From a virus (Duplodnaviria > Heunggongvirae > Uroviricota > Caudoviricetes), in IMG/VR virus record IMGVR_UViG_2721755658_000001: a DNA stretch of 49,030 nt; one strand, 5' to 3'. Below, piece after piece: positions 18,292 to 29,644 of this stretch (position 1 is the stretch's first letter; the number at the start of each line of letters is the position of its first letter). Made by a program: the position numbers and the translations under genes. The notes beneath the pieces were generated by a model. It was not told the origin of the DNA. It made no database searches and was given only the letters and a program-made list of their open reading frames with translations.

Positions 18292-18546
18292 ATGACTCAA
18301 AACTATGAACTGATTGTGAAAGGGATCCGCAATTTTGAGAATAAAGTTACGGTAACTTTAGCATTACAGGACAAAGAACACTTTGACGGTGAAATTTTTG
18401 ACCTGGACATCTCGCTGGACCGTGTTGAAGGTGCCGCGCTGGAGTTTTATGAGGCAGCAGCCAGAAGGAGCATCAGACAGGTCTTCCTGGATGTTGCTGC
18501 CGGGTTATGTGAAGGGGATGAGCAGTCGCCGGAAAGCGCCCCATAA
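18292..18546 (+). CDS. Hypothetical protein in lysis cassette (YdfR-like position)
   Basis: ATG with SD GAGAGGAG; 84 aa. Confidence 0.55.
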   Translation: MTQNYELIVKGIRNFENKVTVTLALQDKEHFDGEIFDLDISLDRVEGAALEFYEAAARRSIRQVFLDVAAGLCEGDEQSPESAP

Positions 18547-18563
18547 TTTTAGAGGCGCAGAAT

Positions 18564-18842
18564 GTGTGGATAACCTACAAAGGAAAGCTACCGGGAAGAA
18601 TTACTGGTTCTCTGAAGACGCCACCGACGGCATTGCGGTCAGAAAAAGATGATATTGAATCGCCCATTGAAAAACTGGAGGGCAGCGTCGCTGATCTGAA
18701 TAAAAAATTGTCGGTGCTGATTCCTTCTGAAGATGAAAAAAAACGCCGCGATGAGCAGTTTGCGGCGTTTTACGATTATTGCATTGAAGTTACTCGCAGG
18801 AATTTTGTGAAGATTTTTGAGGAGGGTAAATCTCTTCAGTAA
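18564..18842 (+). CDS. Hypothetical protein
   Basis: GTG start with SD AGAGG 8 nt upstream; 92 aa. Confidence 0.4.
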   Translation: MWITYKGKLPGRITGSLKTPPTALRSEKDDIESPIEKLEGSVADLNKKLSVLIPSEDEKKRRDEQFAAFYDYCIEVTRRNFVKIFEEGKSLQ

Positions 18843-19050
18843 GCTTATTGGCGGACGCTGCAATTAATTCAGGAAGGTCCGCAAGGTCATCTGTCAGTGG
18901 ATATGATGAAAAATCGGCGGCAGTTCTGTTAAGAAGCGCTTTAACTAATTCCTTTTCCTTCTCCGGCAACAAGTTGATTAGAGCTACGACTGCTTGCCTG
19001 AGTGCGATTAAATCAGCAAAAGTTTGTTTTGGTAGATTTGTGTAATCCAT
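18790..19050 (-). CDS. Hypothetical protein (86 aa), antisense to the lysis operon
   Basis: ATG with SD AGAGG; protein-like amphipathic sequence; overlaps 3' end of the previous ORF. Confidence 0.4.
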   Translation of the reverse strand: MDYTNLPKQTFADLIALRQAVVALINLLPEKEKELVKALLNRTAADFSSYPLTDDLADLPELIAASANKLTEEIYPPQKSSQNSCE

Positions 19051-19163
19051 AGTCGCCTCTGTGTTTATCAGATTGACACCCTCCTCCCGCCAGTGCCCAT
19101 CACTGATGAGGTAAGATTTAACATATCCGGGGATTTGAAGCCGATAAATCCTGATAAATATCC

Positions 19164-20191
<1,028 letters not shown>

Positions 20192-20554
20192 ATTAATATT
20201 AAATCGGATTATTTTTAGCGCTGAATGTGAAATTTAAATAAAAAGGACTCTTCCATGAGTCAATATCCTTGAAATCTTAAGGGTAAGATAAAAGGTCATT
20301 AGACAGAATGACACGTTTTATTAATAAATAAAGCTATTGTTTCATTCGTGTGTTTTTCTTTACAAAAGTAATCCTTGCTATGGTTGGTTAATCATGCGTT
20401 AATGGTGTTCTGGTTTGTTACAAAATTATCTGAAGCAGTCATTGTTATAATTTTATTATTTGTACCTCTTGAGATTTCCTTGTTGGTTTTTCTCTTTGAT
20501 ATTTTTTTTCGGACCATTCTGCCCAAGGGCTAACTTCTTCAAAAGGTAATAATG

Positions 20555-20767
20555 ATGTCTAACAAAATGACTGGTTTAGTGAAATGGTTTAACCCTGAAA
20601 AAGGTTTTGGTTTCATCACGCCGAAAGATGGTAGCAAAGATGTGTTTGTGCATTTCTCAGCTATTCAGAGCAACGATTTCAAAACGTTAACTGAGAATCA
20701 GGAAGTCGAATTTGGTATTGAGAACGGACCTAAAGGCCCTGCAGCTGTTCATGTAGTGGCACTTTGA
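20555..20767 (+). CDS. cspI: Cold-shock protein CspI
   Basis: [70 protein letters not shown]. Confidence 0.9.
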   Translation: MSNKMTGLVKWFNPEKGFGFITPKDGSKDVFVHFSAIQSNDFKTLTENQEVEFGIENGPKGPAAVHVVAL

Positions 20768-20971
20768 GGTAGAAAATATTACAAACCATATTCACTTTAG
20801 ATGCCCGTGTTGCCATGGTTCTCAGTATAGAACATCATCTTTTGATGTTTCTGACAGAAATCCTTTCGGGGCAAAATGTATCTTTTGTAAATCAATGATG
20901 ATTACATTTGATAATATTTCACAATACTTAAATGTTAGCCATCTGTCGTTAGATTTAAGAAAGTGAAAATG

Positions 20972-20994
20972 AAGGCTCCTTCGGGAGCTTTTTT
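20972..20994 (+). terminator. Rho-independent terminator after cspI
   Basis: Stem AAGGCTCC-TTCG-GGAGCTTT with T-run. Confidence 0.55.
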
Positions 20995-21038
20995 GCTTAG
21001 TGTCTAGTCGATGGATACTCACATATTACGGTAACATT

Positions 21039-21269
21039 ATGAAAAAAATAATAGTTTTTTTTAACTCTGAACCAGCAATGGTAGTGCCAGTGATGACCGG
21101 AGTTAACACCATCATGCGTGAATATCCAAATGGCGAAACAACACACCTCACTGTAATGGCTGCAGGGTTTCCATCTCTGACCGGAGATCATAAAGTCATT
21201 TATGTAGCAGCGGATCGACATGTAACTTCAGAAGAAATTCTGGAAGCAGCAATGAGACTCTTGAATTGA
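21039..21269 (+). CDS. Hypothetical small protein (76 aa)
   Basis: ORF only; no convincing SD. Confidence 0.3.
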   Translation: MKKIIVFFNSEPAMVVPVMTGVNTIMREYPNGETTHLTVMAAGFPSLTGDHKVIYVAADRHVTSEEILEAAMRLLN

Positions 21270-21441
21270 TTTGATTCTAATGCATTGATAATAAATGATA
21301 ATCATTTTTATCTGTTTGTGTGAAATTTAGACCGTCGTATGTTGATTATTGCGATGTTTCATCTTATCTTTTATACGTTTGCTCCATATAATTGACACTA
21401 CTGTGTACCTGGAAAGTCATAACAGACTAAAAGAGGAAATG

Positions 21442-21615
21442 ATGAACATTGAAGAGTTAAAAACAAAAACAGAAGCAGATATTTCTGAATATATAACAAA
21501 AAAAATCATTGAGCTTAAGAAAAAGACCGGGAAAGAAGTTACCAGTATCCAGTTTACTGCACGGGAAAAAATGACTGGTCTTGAAAGCTATGATATCAAG
21601 ATTGATTTAATCTAG
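21442..21615 (+). CDS. gnsB: GnsA/GnsB-family protein
   Basis: MNIEELKTKTEADISEYITKKIIELKKKTGKEVTSIQFTAREKMTGLESYDIKIDLI; SD AAGAGG. Confidence 0.85.
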   Translation: MNIEELKTKTEADISEYITKKIIELKKKTGKEVTSIQFTAREKMTGLESYDIKIDLI

Positions 21616-21910
21616 TCTGTTTATAGTATTAGCATCAATTTCTCATCAGATGCTATTCAACAATACAAATTACCCATAAACCTCGTTTTTACGGGGTTTT
21701 GTTATATTTAAACATTACCGAATAGGTATAAATCTCGATTGTCGATGGTATTGGTTGTGTGACAATACCTAGTCTTTCCGGTATGCCTGAAGAGAATACA
21801 AACGACAGATTATGTAAGGGAAACGCGCTGAATCTTTAACTCTTTCATGCTGAGTGATTTGACGTTATATTTTTAGCCGTAAGTGAAGAGCAAACGCATG
21901 GAGCGACAAA

Positions 21911-22117
21911 ATGCATAAAGATCAATACACTGATGCCCCCTCCCAGGAGCAGGTTCGTGTAAAAACTATGCTTAATAGCACCATTTCGATGGGTTACCCG
22001 GATGTTGTAATTGCATGTATAGAACATCAAGTGTCTCTGGAAGCATTCAGGGCAATTGAGGCCGCGTTAGTAAAGCACGATAAGAATACGAAGGATTATT
22101 CCCTGGTGGTTGACTGA
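21911..22117 (+). CDS. Hypothetical phage protein (68 aa)
   Basis: ATG with GGAG SD. Confidence 0.45.
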   Translation: MHKDQYTDAPSQEQVRVKTMLNSTISMGYPDVVIACIEHQVSLEAFRAIEAALVKHDKNTKDYSLVVD

Positions 22118-22483
22118 TCACCATAACTGCTAACCATTCTGACCATTTCACAAGTGACAGAGTCAATATCGTATTCTGTCACTGTCAGGCTAATACAGCA
22201 ATGCAATTCAACTACAGCAATGCCTCGTATTTAGGTGAATTTACAATATCGTCCAGTTCGGATGCCGGCTGCATTTCTGAAGATAAGGCATTTCGGTTCT
22301 CGTATTTTCCCCTCATGCTCGTCAGTCCTGCGCGTAGTAAGAAACAGGACACTCACACTAATTTGTGTGGGCATGCTGTGATGTCCTTCTGAATTATCCC
22401 CATGCCATTATGTAAAGCTCTGTTACAGATGCTCGTCACGGTTGTCAGGCTGTCGGGTCCTCCCAGTGGGGGGCCCTGCCACG

Positions 22484-22495
22484 GGGCGGGAGCGT
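22484..22495. other. Candidate cosN (cohesive-end site), about 175 bp upstream of the terminase small-subunit gene
   Basis: GGGCGGGAGCGTCGCGG resembles lambda left end GGGCGGCGACCTCGCGG. Confidence 0.6.
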
Positions 22496-22669
22496 CGCGG
22501 AAAAAGGCTAGTTTTTGAAATTTCATCCGTCATCACCACTACTGTAATAGATTGATATTACAGTATTTTTATTTTTGTGGTGTCGATTTTGATTGTTTTT
22601 TGTTCATCACTAACACCGTTTGCCTAAAGTCGTTCGCAAGATGCATGTTTAAAACATTCTGGAGCGGGT

Positions 22670-23164
22670 ATGGATCGAGAGTTAAAAAATCTGACGCTGA
22701 ATATCAGTCAATTGGCGGCACTGTCAGGTGTACATCGCCAGACTGCTGCGGCAAGGCTGCAAAATCTACCCGTTGCAGGGGGGCATGAAAGCAACCTCAA
22801 GCTTTATCGGGTGGTTGATATTGTGTCGGCATTTCTGGCATTACCACCGCCGGTTGCAGAAGGCGAAATGGACGCACATGAGCGCAAAGCCTGGTATCAG
22901 TCTGAACGTGAGCGTCTTAAGTTCGAACAGGAAACGGCACAACTCATTCCGGCCAGTGATGTCAGACGGGAGTTTGCCATCTGGGCAAAAGCGGTCGTGC
23001 AGGTGCTGGAGACATTACCGGATATTCTTGAACGTGACTGCGGTCTGCAGCCTGCCGCTGTGAGCCGTGTTCAGTCCATTATTGATGATCTGCGCGATCA
23101 GATAGCCCTGCGGGTGACTGAAGCAGGTGCGGATGATGAGGAGGAATTACAGCAGGAGGAGTAA
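22670..23164 (+). CDS. Terminase small subunit (lambda Nu1-like)
   Basis: N-terminal HTH-like LNISQLAALSGVHRQTAAARL; position immediately upstream of the large subunit. Confidence 0.8.
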   Translation: MDRELKNLTLNISQLAALSGVHRQTAAARLQNLPVAGGHESNLKLYRVVDIVSAFLALPPPVAEGEMDAHERKAWYQSERERLKFEQETAQLIPASDVRREFAIWAKAVVQVLETLPDILERDCGLQPAAVSRVQSIIDDLRDQIALRVTEAGADDEEELQQEE

Positions 23165-25266
23165 TGCTGAATCAGGAAACCGCAAAGGCAGCACGAACCG
23201 ATTCAGGTTATATCCTTCGCGCACCGAGACGAATGCGGGTTGCTGATGCCGTTGCTCAGTATATGCGGGTGCCCATGGGGGCAGGGAACTCAGTCCCGTG
23301 GGATCCGCTGGTGGCACCGTATGTTATTGAGCCTATGAACTGCCTGGCCTCGCGTGAATACGACGCAGTGATATTTGTTGGCCCGGCACGAACCGGCAAG
23401 ACTATCGGCCTGATTGACGGCTGGGTGATTTACAACGTGATTTGCGATCCTGCTGATATGCTGATCATTCAGATGACGGAGGAAAAAGCCCGCGAACACT
23501 CCAAAAAACGACTCGCCAGAACGTTTCGCGTCAGCCCGGAAGTGGTCAGTCGCCTGAGTCCGAACAAAAATGACAACAACGTTTATGACAGAACATTCCT
23601 TGCTGGCAACTACCTGAAAATCGGCTGGCCGTCAGTCAATATCATGTCTTCATCAGATTATAAATGCGTGGCGCTGACGGATTATGACCGTTTTCCGGAA
23701 GATATTGATGGTGAGGGGGATGCCTTCTCTCTTGCCTCAAAACGTACCACCACATTTATGTCCAGTGGTATGACGCTGGTGGAGAGTTCCCCCGGCAGGG
23801 ATGTGAAGGATGTGAAATGGCGACGGACTTCACCGCATGAGGCTCCACCAACCACGGGGATCCTGTCGCTCTATAACCGTGGCGATCGCCGTCGCTGGTA
23901 CTGGCCCTGTCCACACTGTGGTGAGTATTTTCAGCCCTGCGGCGATGTGGTTGCTGGTTTCCGTGATATTGCCGATCCTGTGCTGGCAAGTGAGGCGGCT
24001 TATATTCAGTGTCCTTCCTGTTCAGGACGGATTTTGCCTGAACAAAAACGCGAGCTGAACGGACGTGGGGTCTGGTTACGGGATGGTGAATCCATCAATG
24101 CAGATGGCAGTCGTTATGGTGATCCCCGGCGTTCACGTATTGCGTCATTCTGGATGGAGGGTCCGGCAGCTGCTTATCAGACACTCTCGCAACTCGTTTA
24201 CAAACTGCTTACTGCAGAACAGGAATACGAGACAACCGGAAGTGAAGAGACACTCAAGACGGTTATCAATACCGACTGGGGATTACCTTATCTTCCCCGC
24301 GCCAGCATGGAGCAACGAAAAAGTGAATTGCTTGAGCAGCGGGCAGAGCCAGTTCCTTCCCGCAGTGTGCCGGATGGCGTTAATTTCCTTGTGGCGACAG
24401 TGGATGTGCAGGCGGGACGTCATCGCCGTTTTGTGGTTCAGGTAACGGGCTATGGCAGCCGTGGCGAACGCTGGATTATTGATCGTTACAACATCACGCA
24501 GTCATTGCGCGGTGACAGCGACGGGGAGAGCCAGCGAATTGATCCGGCCAGCTATCCGGAAGACTGGGATGTCCTGCTGACGGATGTTTTTCATAAAAGC
24601 TGGCCGCTGGCCTCCGACCCTTCTCAACAAATGCGACTGATGGCAATGGCGGTGGACTCCGGCGGTGAAGACGGGGTCACTGATAATGCCTATAAATTCT
24701 GGCGTCGTTGCCGTCGTGATGGCCTTGGTAAACGTATTTACCTGTTTAAGGGCGACAGCATCCGGCGAGCAAAACTGATCACCCGTACATTCCCTGATAA
24801 CACCGGACGAACGGGCCGACGGGCGCAGGCCGCAGGTGATGTGCCGCTCTGGCTTCTTCAGACGGATGCCCTGAAAGACCGGGTGAATAACGCGTTATGG
24901 CGTGACTCGCTAGGTCCCGGCTATGTGCATTTCCCTGACTGGCTGGGGAGCTGGTTTTACGACGAACTGACGTATGAAGAGCGGAGCAGTGACGGGAAAT
25001 GGAGTAAGCCGGGTCGCGGTGCCAACGAAGCTTTTGACCTGATGGTGTATGCCGAGGCTCTGGTCATTCTGCATGGATACGAAAAGATCCGCTGGCCGGA
25101 TGCACCGGAGTGGGCGAGCCGGGAAACCTGGCTGGAGTGTGTCCCGGACAGTACCGAACCGTCACCCTCACCGGAACCGGTACCCACGCCTGTTAAAAAA
25201 CAAAAACGGAAGAAAACAGTAACTGACGATGTTAACCCCTGGCTGACTTCCGGAGGATGGTTATGA
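23164..25266 (+). CDS. Terminase large subunit (lambda gpA family)
   Basis: 700 aa; Walker A VIFVGPARTGKT; ATGA overlap with the small subunit. Confidence 0.9.
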   Translation: MLNQETAKAARTDSGYILRAPRRMRVADAVAQYMRVPMGAGNSVPWDPLVAPYVIEPMNCLASREYDAVIFVGPARTGKTIGLIDGWVIYNVICDPADMLIIQMTEEKAREHSKKRLARTFRVSPEVVSRLSPNKNDNNVYDRTFLAGNYLKIGWPSVNIMSSSDYKCVALTDYDRFPEDIDGEGDAFSLASKRTTTFMSSGMTLVESSPGRDVKDVKWRRTSPHEAPPTTGILSLYNRGDRRRWYWPCPHCGEYFQPCGDVVAGFRDIADPVLASEAAYIQCPSCSGRILPEQKRELNGRGVWLRDGESINADGSRYGDPRRSRIASFWMEGPAAAYQTLSQLVYKLLTAEQEYETTGSEETLKTVINTDWGLPYLPRASMEQRKSELLEQRAEPVPSRSVPDGVNFLVATVDVQAGRHRRFVVQVTGYGSRGERWIIDRYNITQSLRGDSDGESQRIDPASYPEDWDVLLTDVFHKSWPLASDPSQQMRLMAMAVDSGGEDGVTDNAYKFWRRCRRDGLGKRIYLFKGDSIRRAKLITRTFPDNTGRTGRRAQAAGDVPLWLLQTDALKDRVNNALWRDSLGPGYVHFPDWLGSWFYDELTYEERSSDGKWSKPGRGANEAFDLMVYAEALVILHGYEKIRWPDAPEWASRETWLECVPDSTEPSPSPEPVPTPVKKQKRKKTVTDDVNPWLTSGGWL

Positions 25267-25475
25267 ATCAGAATGATATTGAAGCCATGATTCAGCGTTA
25301 TACGGAAGCTGAAATGGCGGTGCTGGACGGAAAATCCGTCACTTTTAATGGTCAGCAGATGACCATGGAAAACTTATCTGAGATCCGGCAGGGGCGGCAG
25401 GAGTGGGAGCGCCGCCTTGCGGCTCTGATTACACGACGACGGGGGCATCCCGGGTACCGGCTGGCGAGGTTCTGA
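25263..25475 (+). CDS. Head-tail joining protein (lambda gpW-like)
   Basis: 70 aa, C-terminal ..RRRGHPGYRLARF; SD GGAGG 7 nt upstream. Confidence 0.75.
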   Translation: MNQNDIEAMIQRYTEAEMAVLDGKSVTFNGQQMTMENLSEIRQGRQEWERRLAALITRRRGHPGYRLARF

Positions 25476-26983
25476 TGGCAATTCTTGATGATGTGATTGG
25501 CGTTTTTTCACCAGGATGGAAAGCGGCAAGGCTGCGTTCCCGTGCGGTGATCCAGGCTTATGAGGCCGTAAAAACGACGCGGACACACAAAGCCCGACGG
25601 GAGAACCGAACTGCCGACCAGTTAAGCCAGTACGGGGCCGTGTCGTTACGTGAGCAGGCTCGTTACCTTGATAACAACCACGATCTGGTCATTGGTGTAT
25701 TTGACAAGCTGGAAGAACGGGTGGTGGGGAAAAACGGGATTATTGTCGAGCCACATCCGGTATTACGCAATGGGGCCATTGCCCGTGATCTGGCAGCGGA
25801 GATACGTACCCGATGGAGTGAATGGTCTGTCAGTCCGGAGGTCACCGGGCAGTTTACCCGTCCGATGCTGGAACGTCTGATGCTGCGTACCTGGCTGCGC
25901 GATGGTGAGGTGTTTGCCCAGATGGTTTCCGGGCGCATAAACAGCCTGACGCCTTCTGCCGGTGTTCATTTCTGGCTGGAGGCGCTCGAGCCGGACTTTA
26001 TTCCCATGACCAGTGATGAGAGCAACAGGCTGAATCAGGGCGTGTTTGTTGATGACTGGGGGCGTCCCGAAAAATATCTGGTGTATAAAAGCCGTCCCGT
26101 ATCCGGGCGGCAGATGGAAACCAAAGAAGTGGATGCAGAGCGAATGCTGCATCTTAAATTTGTTCGCCGTCTGCACCAGATGCGCGGGACGTCTTTGTTG
26201 TCCGGTGTGCTGATCCGCCTCAGTGCTCTGAAAGAGTATGAAGATTCTGAGCTGACTGCAGCAAGGATCGCCGCTGCTCTGGGGATGTACATCCGGAAAG
26301 GCGACGGACAGAGCTATGAAACGGATGGTAATGACAGCAAGGAGAATGAACGCGAGCTTACCATTCAGCCAGGCATTATTTACGACGATCTGAAACCCGG
26401 CGAAGAAATCGGAATGGTGAAGTCGGATCGCCCCAATCCTAACCTTGAAACTTTTCGTAATGGTCAGTTGCGTGCCGTGGCTGCGGGCAGTCGTCTGAGT
26501 TTTTCCAGTACAGCGCGCAACTATAACGGCACTTACAGCGCCCAGCGTCAGGAGCTGGTTGAATCTACTGATGGCTACCTGATCCTGCAGGACTGGTTTA
26601 TTGGTGCCGTCACCCGCCCGATGTACCGTGCCTGGCTGAAACAGGCTGTGGTATCCGGTGTTATCAGGCTACCCCGCGATCTGGACCGATCTTCACTGTA
26701 TACCGCGGTGTATTCCGGACCGGTGATGCCGTGGATTGACCCTGTTAAGGAGGCTGAGGCCTGGAAAATTCAGATTCGTGGTGGAGCGGCGACAGAATCA
26801 GACTGGGTACGTGCAGGTGGTCGTAATCCAGATGATGTCAAACGTCGGCGCAAGGCCGAAATTGATGAAAACCGCAAGCTGGATCTGGTATTTGATACCG
26901 ATCCGGCCAGTGATAAAGGAGGCAGCAGTGCCGCAACGAAACGACAGGAGCCGCAGCACACCGACGACCAGTCCGAAGAATAA
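25475..26983 (+). CDS. Portal protein (lambda gpB family)
   Basis: 502 aa; position between W and the protease/capsid gene. Confidence 0.85.
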   Translation: MAILDDVIGVFSPGWKAARLRSRAVIQAYEAVKTTRTHKARRENRTADQLSQYGAVSLREQARYLDNNHDLVIGVFDKLEERVVGKNGIIVEPHPVLRNGAIARDLAAEIRTRWSEWSVSPEVTGQFTRPMLERLMLRTWLRDGEVFAQMVSGRINSLTPSAGVHFWLEALEPDFIPMTSDESNRLNQGVFVDDWGRPEKYLVYKSRPVSGRQMETKEVDAERMLHLKFVRRLHQMRGTSLLSGVLIRLSALKEYEDSELTAARIAAALGMYIRKGDGQSYETDGNDSKENERELTIQPGIIYDDLKPGEEIGMVKSDRPNPNLETFRNGQLRAVAAGSRLSFSSTARNYNGTYSAQRQELVESTDGYLILQDWFIGAVTRPMYRAWLKQAVVSGVIRLPRDLDRSSLYTAVYSGPVMPWIDPVKEAEAWKIQIRGGAATESDWVRAGGRNPDDVKRRRKAEIDENRKLDLVFDTDPASDKGGSSAATKRQEPQHTDDQSEE

Positions 26984-28955
26984 TTCCTGGTTCAGGATGC
27001 AGGCAGGTCACCAGAGTGACGCGGATATTTATATTTATGACGAGATTGGTTTCTGGGGTGTTACGGCGAAGCAGTTTATCAGTGATCTGAATGCACTGGG
27101 CGATATCACCCACATTAATCTCCATATTAATTCACCGGGTGGCGATGTCTTTGAAGGCATCGCCATTTTTAATGCACTGAAAACACATGGTGCGTCCATT
27201 ACCGTTTATGTCGACGGTGTGGCGGCGTCAATGGCGTCGGTCATTGCGATGGTGGGAAACCCGGTCATTATGCCGGAAAACTCCTTCATGATGATTCATA
27301 AACCATTTGGCTTTACGGGCGGTGATGCGGAGGACATGCGCACCTATGCCGACCTGCTCGATAAAGTTGAGGCGGTTCTGTTACCCGCTTATGCACAGAA
27401 AACCGGGAAAACCACCGATGAAATTGCTGCCATGCTGGCGGATGAGACCTGGATGTCCGGTGCCGAATGTCTGGCACAGGGATTTGCTGATCAGGTGACA
27501 CCAGCCGTTAAGGCAATGGCATGTATTCAGTCAAAACGTACAGAGGAATTTAAAAAGATGCCGGAATCCATTCGAAATATGATTACTCCGCCACGCAACA
27601 GTGCTCCACGCGTACAGGATGATGGACCTGCAGCCTCCCGGACGCCAGTGCAGGCAGCAGCACCCGTGGTGGATGAAAACAGCATCCGTGCGCAGGTCCT
27701 GGCAGAGCAAAAAGCGCGTGTAAACGGTATTAATGATCTGTTTGCCATGTTTGGCGGGCGTTATCAGTCGTTGCAGGCTCAGTGTCTTGCCGATCCTGAA
27801 TGTTCGCTGGAGCAGGCCCGCGAAAAGCTGTTGAACGAGATGGGGCGCGAGTCCACGCCATCCAATAAAAATACCCCGGCTCATATTTATGCCGGTAACG
27901 GTAATTTTGTGGGGGACGGGATCCGCCAGGCGCTGATGGCGCGCGCCGGGTTTGAAAAAACTGAACGTGATAATGTCTACAACGGGATGACCCTGCGTGA
28001 ATATGCCCGTATGTCACTGACTGAACGTGGTATTGGTGTTTCCAGTTATAACCCGATGCAGATGGTCGGTGCGGCGTTCACACACAGTACGTCTGACTTC
28101 GGTAATATTCTGCTGGATGTTGCGAACAAAGCCATTCTGCAGGGCTGGGAAGATGCCCCTGAAACCTATGAACAGTGGACGCGGAAAGGTCAGTTGTCTG
28201 ATTTTAAAATTGCCCATCGTGTGGGTATGGGGGGCTTCAGTGCTCTGCGTCAGGTGCGTGAAGGGGCAGAATATAAATACGTCACCACCGGAGATAAACA
28301 GGCCACTATTGCACTGGCGACCTATGGCGAGCTGTTCAGTATCACCCGTCAGGCCATTATCAATGATGATCTGAATATGCTGACCGATGTCCCGATGAAG
28401 CTGGGCCGTGCGGCGAAATCCACTATTGCCGATCTGGTTTATGCCATTCTGACGTCTAACCCGAAAATCTCCACAGATAATGTAAGTCTGTTCGATAAAG
28501 CGAAACATGCAAACGTACTGGAGAGCGCGGCAATGGACGTGGCATCGCTGGATAAAGCCCGCCAGTTGATGCGCGTTCAGAAAGAGGGTGAGCGTCATCT
28601 GAATATTCGTCCTGCGTTCGTACTGGTACCGACGGCGATGGAGTCTGTTGCTAACCAGGTCATTCGCTCCTCAAGTGTCAAGGGGGCTGACATTAACGCC
28701 GGTATTATTAACCCGGTGAAAGATTTTGCGACCGTTATTGCAGAGCCTCGTCTTGATGATAACAGCCAGACCACCTTCTACCTGGCTGCGTCCAAAGGCT
28801 CCGATACGATTGAAGTGGCTTATCTCAACGGTGTGGATACGCCATATATTGATCAGATGGAGGGCTTCAGTGTGGATGGCGTGACAACGAAAGTGCGTAT
28901 TGACGCTGGTGTTGCGCCAGTTGATCACCGCGGCCTGGTGAAATGTACGGCGTAA
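26928..28955 (+). CDS. Head maturation protease (ClpP/S49-like) fused to major capsid protein
   Basis: ClpP-like motifs GVAASMASV and MIHKP at the N-terminus, capsid-like C-terminal half; GTG start 5 nt after AAGGAGG (alternative ATG at 26997). Confidence 0.8.
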   Translation: MPQRNDRSRSTPTTSPKNNSWFRMQAGHQSDADIYIYDEIGFWGVTAKQFISDLNALGDITHINLHINSPGGDVFEGIAIFNALKTHGASITVYVDGVAASMASVIAMVGNPVIMPENSFMMIHKPFGFTGGDAEDMRTYADLLDKVEAVLLPAYAQKTGKTTDEIAAMLADETWMSGAECLAQGFADQVTPAVKAMACIQSKRTEEFKKMPESIRNMITPPRNSAPRVQDDGPAASRTPVQAAAPVVDENSIRAQVLAEQKARVNGINDLFAMFGGRYQSLQAQCLADPECSLEQAREKLLNEMGRESTPSNKNTPAHIYAGNGNFVGDGIRQALMARAGFEKTERDNVYNGMTLREYARMSLTERGIGVSSYNPMQMVGAAFTHSTSDFGNILLDVANKAILQGWEDAPETYEQWTRKGQLSDFKIAHRVGMGGFSALRQVREGAEYKYVTTGDKQATIALATYGELFSITRQAIINDDLNMLTDVPMKLGRAAKSTIADLVYAILTSNPKISTDNVSLFDKAKHANVLESAAMDVASLDKARQLMRVQKEGERHLNIRPAFVLVPTAMESVANQVIRSSSVKGADINAGIINPVKDFATVIAEPRLDDNSQTTFYLAASKGSDTIEVAYLNGVDTPYIDQMEGFSVDGVTTKVRIDAGVAPVDHRGLVKCTA

Positions 28956-28978
28956 ACGTCGCAGACAACAACTCTGAT

Positions 28979-28998
28979 GGCCCGTAAGGGCTTTTTTT
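28979..28998 (+). terminator. Hairpin plus T-run after the capsid gene
   Basis: GCCC-GTAA-GGGC followed by T7. Confidence 0.5.
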
Positions 28999-29041
28999 GT
29001 ACCTGAAATCAGCCCCTGAACGGGGCTGTGCGGAGACAGTT

Positions 29042-29365
29042 ATGGCAAAGAATTTTGTAGAAGAAGGAAAAACGGTGGCGATTGTTGCCAGTGCAGCCAT
29101 CAGCAGCGGAGATCTGGTGCAGGTGGGTGATGTTTTTGCGGTGGCGCTGACCGATATTCCACAGGGAGAAACAGGCGACGGCATAACCGAAGGTGTGTTT
29201 ATGCTGCCTAAGCTGAAAACGGATGACATGAAAACGGGTAAGAAGGTTTATCTGAAGTCAGGAAAAGTTCAGCTGACTAACAGCGGCTCTGATCCGCTGG
29301 TCGGGGTTGTATGGGCAGATGCCGGAACCAGTGCAGAAGAAGTGCCGGTAAAACTCAATGTCTGA
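29042..29365 (+). CDS. Small head protein (DUF2190-like, possible decoration protein)
   Basis: 107 aa; SD GGAG; position after major capsid. Confidence 0.6.
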   Translation: MAKNFVEEGKTVAIVASAAISSGDLVQVGDVFAVALTDIPQGETGDGITEGVFMLPKLKTDDMKTGKKVYLKSGKVQLTNSGSDPLVGVVWADAGTSAEEVPVKLNV

Positions 29366-29633
29366 TCCCTTTTCCCGGCTGGCAGCGCGTATGGATGCGA
29401 TCACGGTCAGAAAGATGGGAAAGACAGCCTCGATTAATGATGTCGATATGACTGTGATCCCGGGAGAAACACTGGCAGAGCTGAATGCTCTGTCCGGACC
29501 TGCGGTCTCTCTGGTGGTGTTTTCTTCGGGATACCGCCCACGGCGCGGGGATCGCGTTGTTTATGACGGACAACAATGGACGGTCACACGGCATGAACGT
29601 TTTAACGGTAAGCCAATGATCTTTATTGAGTAA
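29358..29633 (+). CDS. Head-tail connector / head completion protein
   Basis: 91 aa; position between head and tail genes. Confidence 0.55.
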   Translation: MSDPFSRLAARMDAITVRKMGKTASINDVDMTVIPGETLAELNALSGPAVSLVVFSSGYRPRRGDRVVYDGQQWTVTRHERFNGKPMIFIE

Positions 29634-29644
29634 AGAGGTGTGGG

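Noticed and set aside
28014-28598. 194-aa minus-strand ORF inside the capsid domain
   Set aside because: Antisense to conserved capsid coding sequence; no start context
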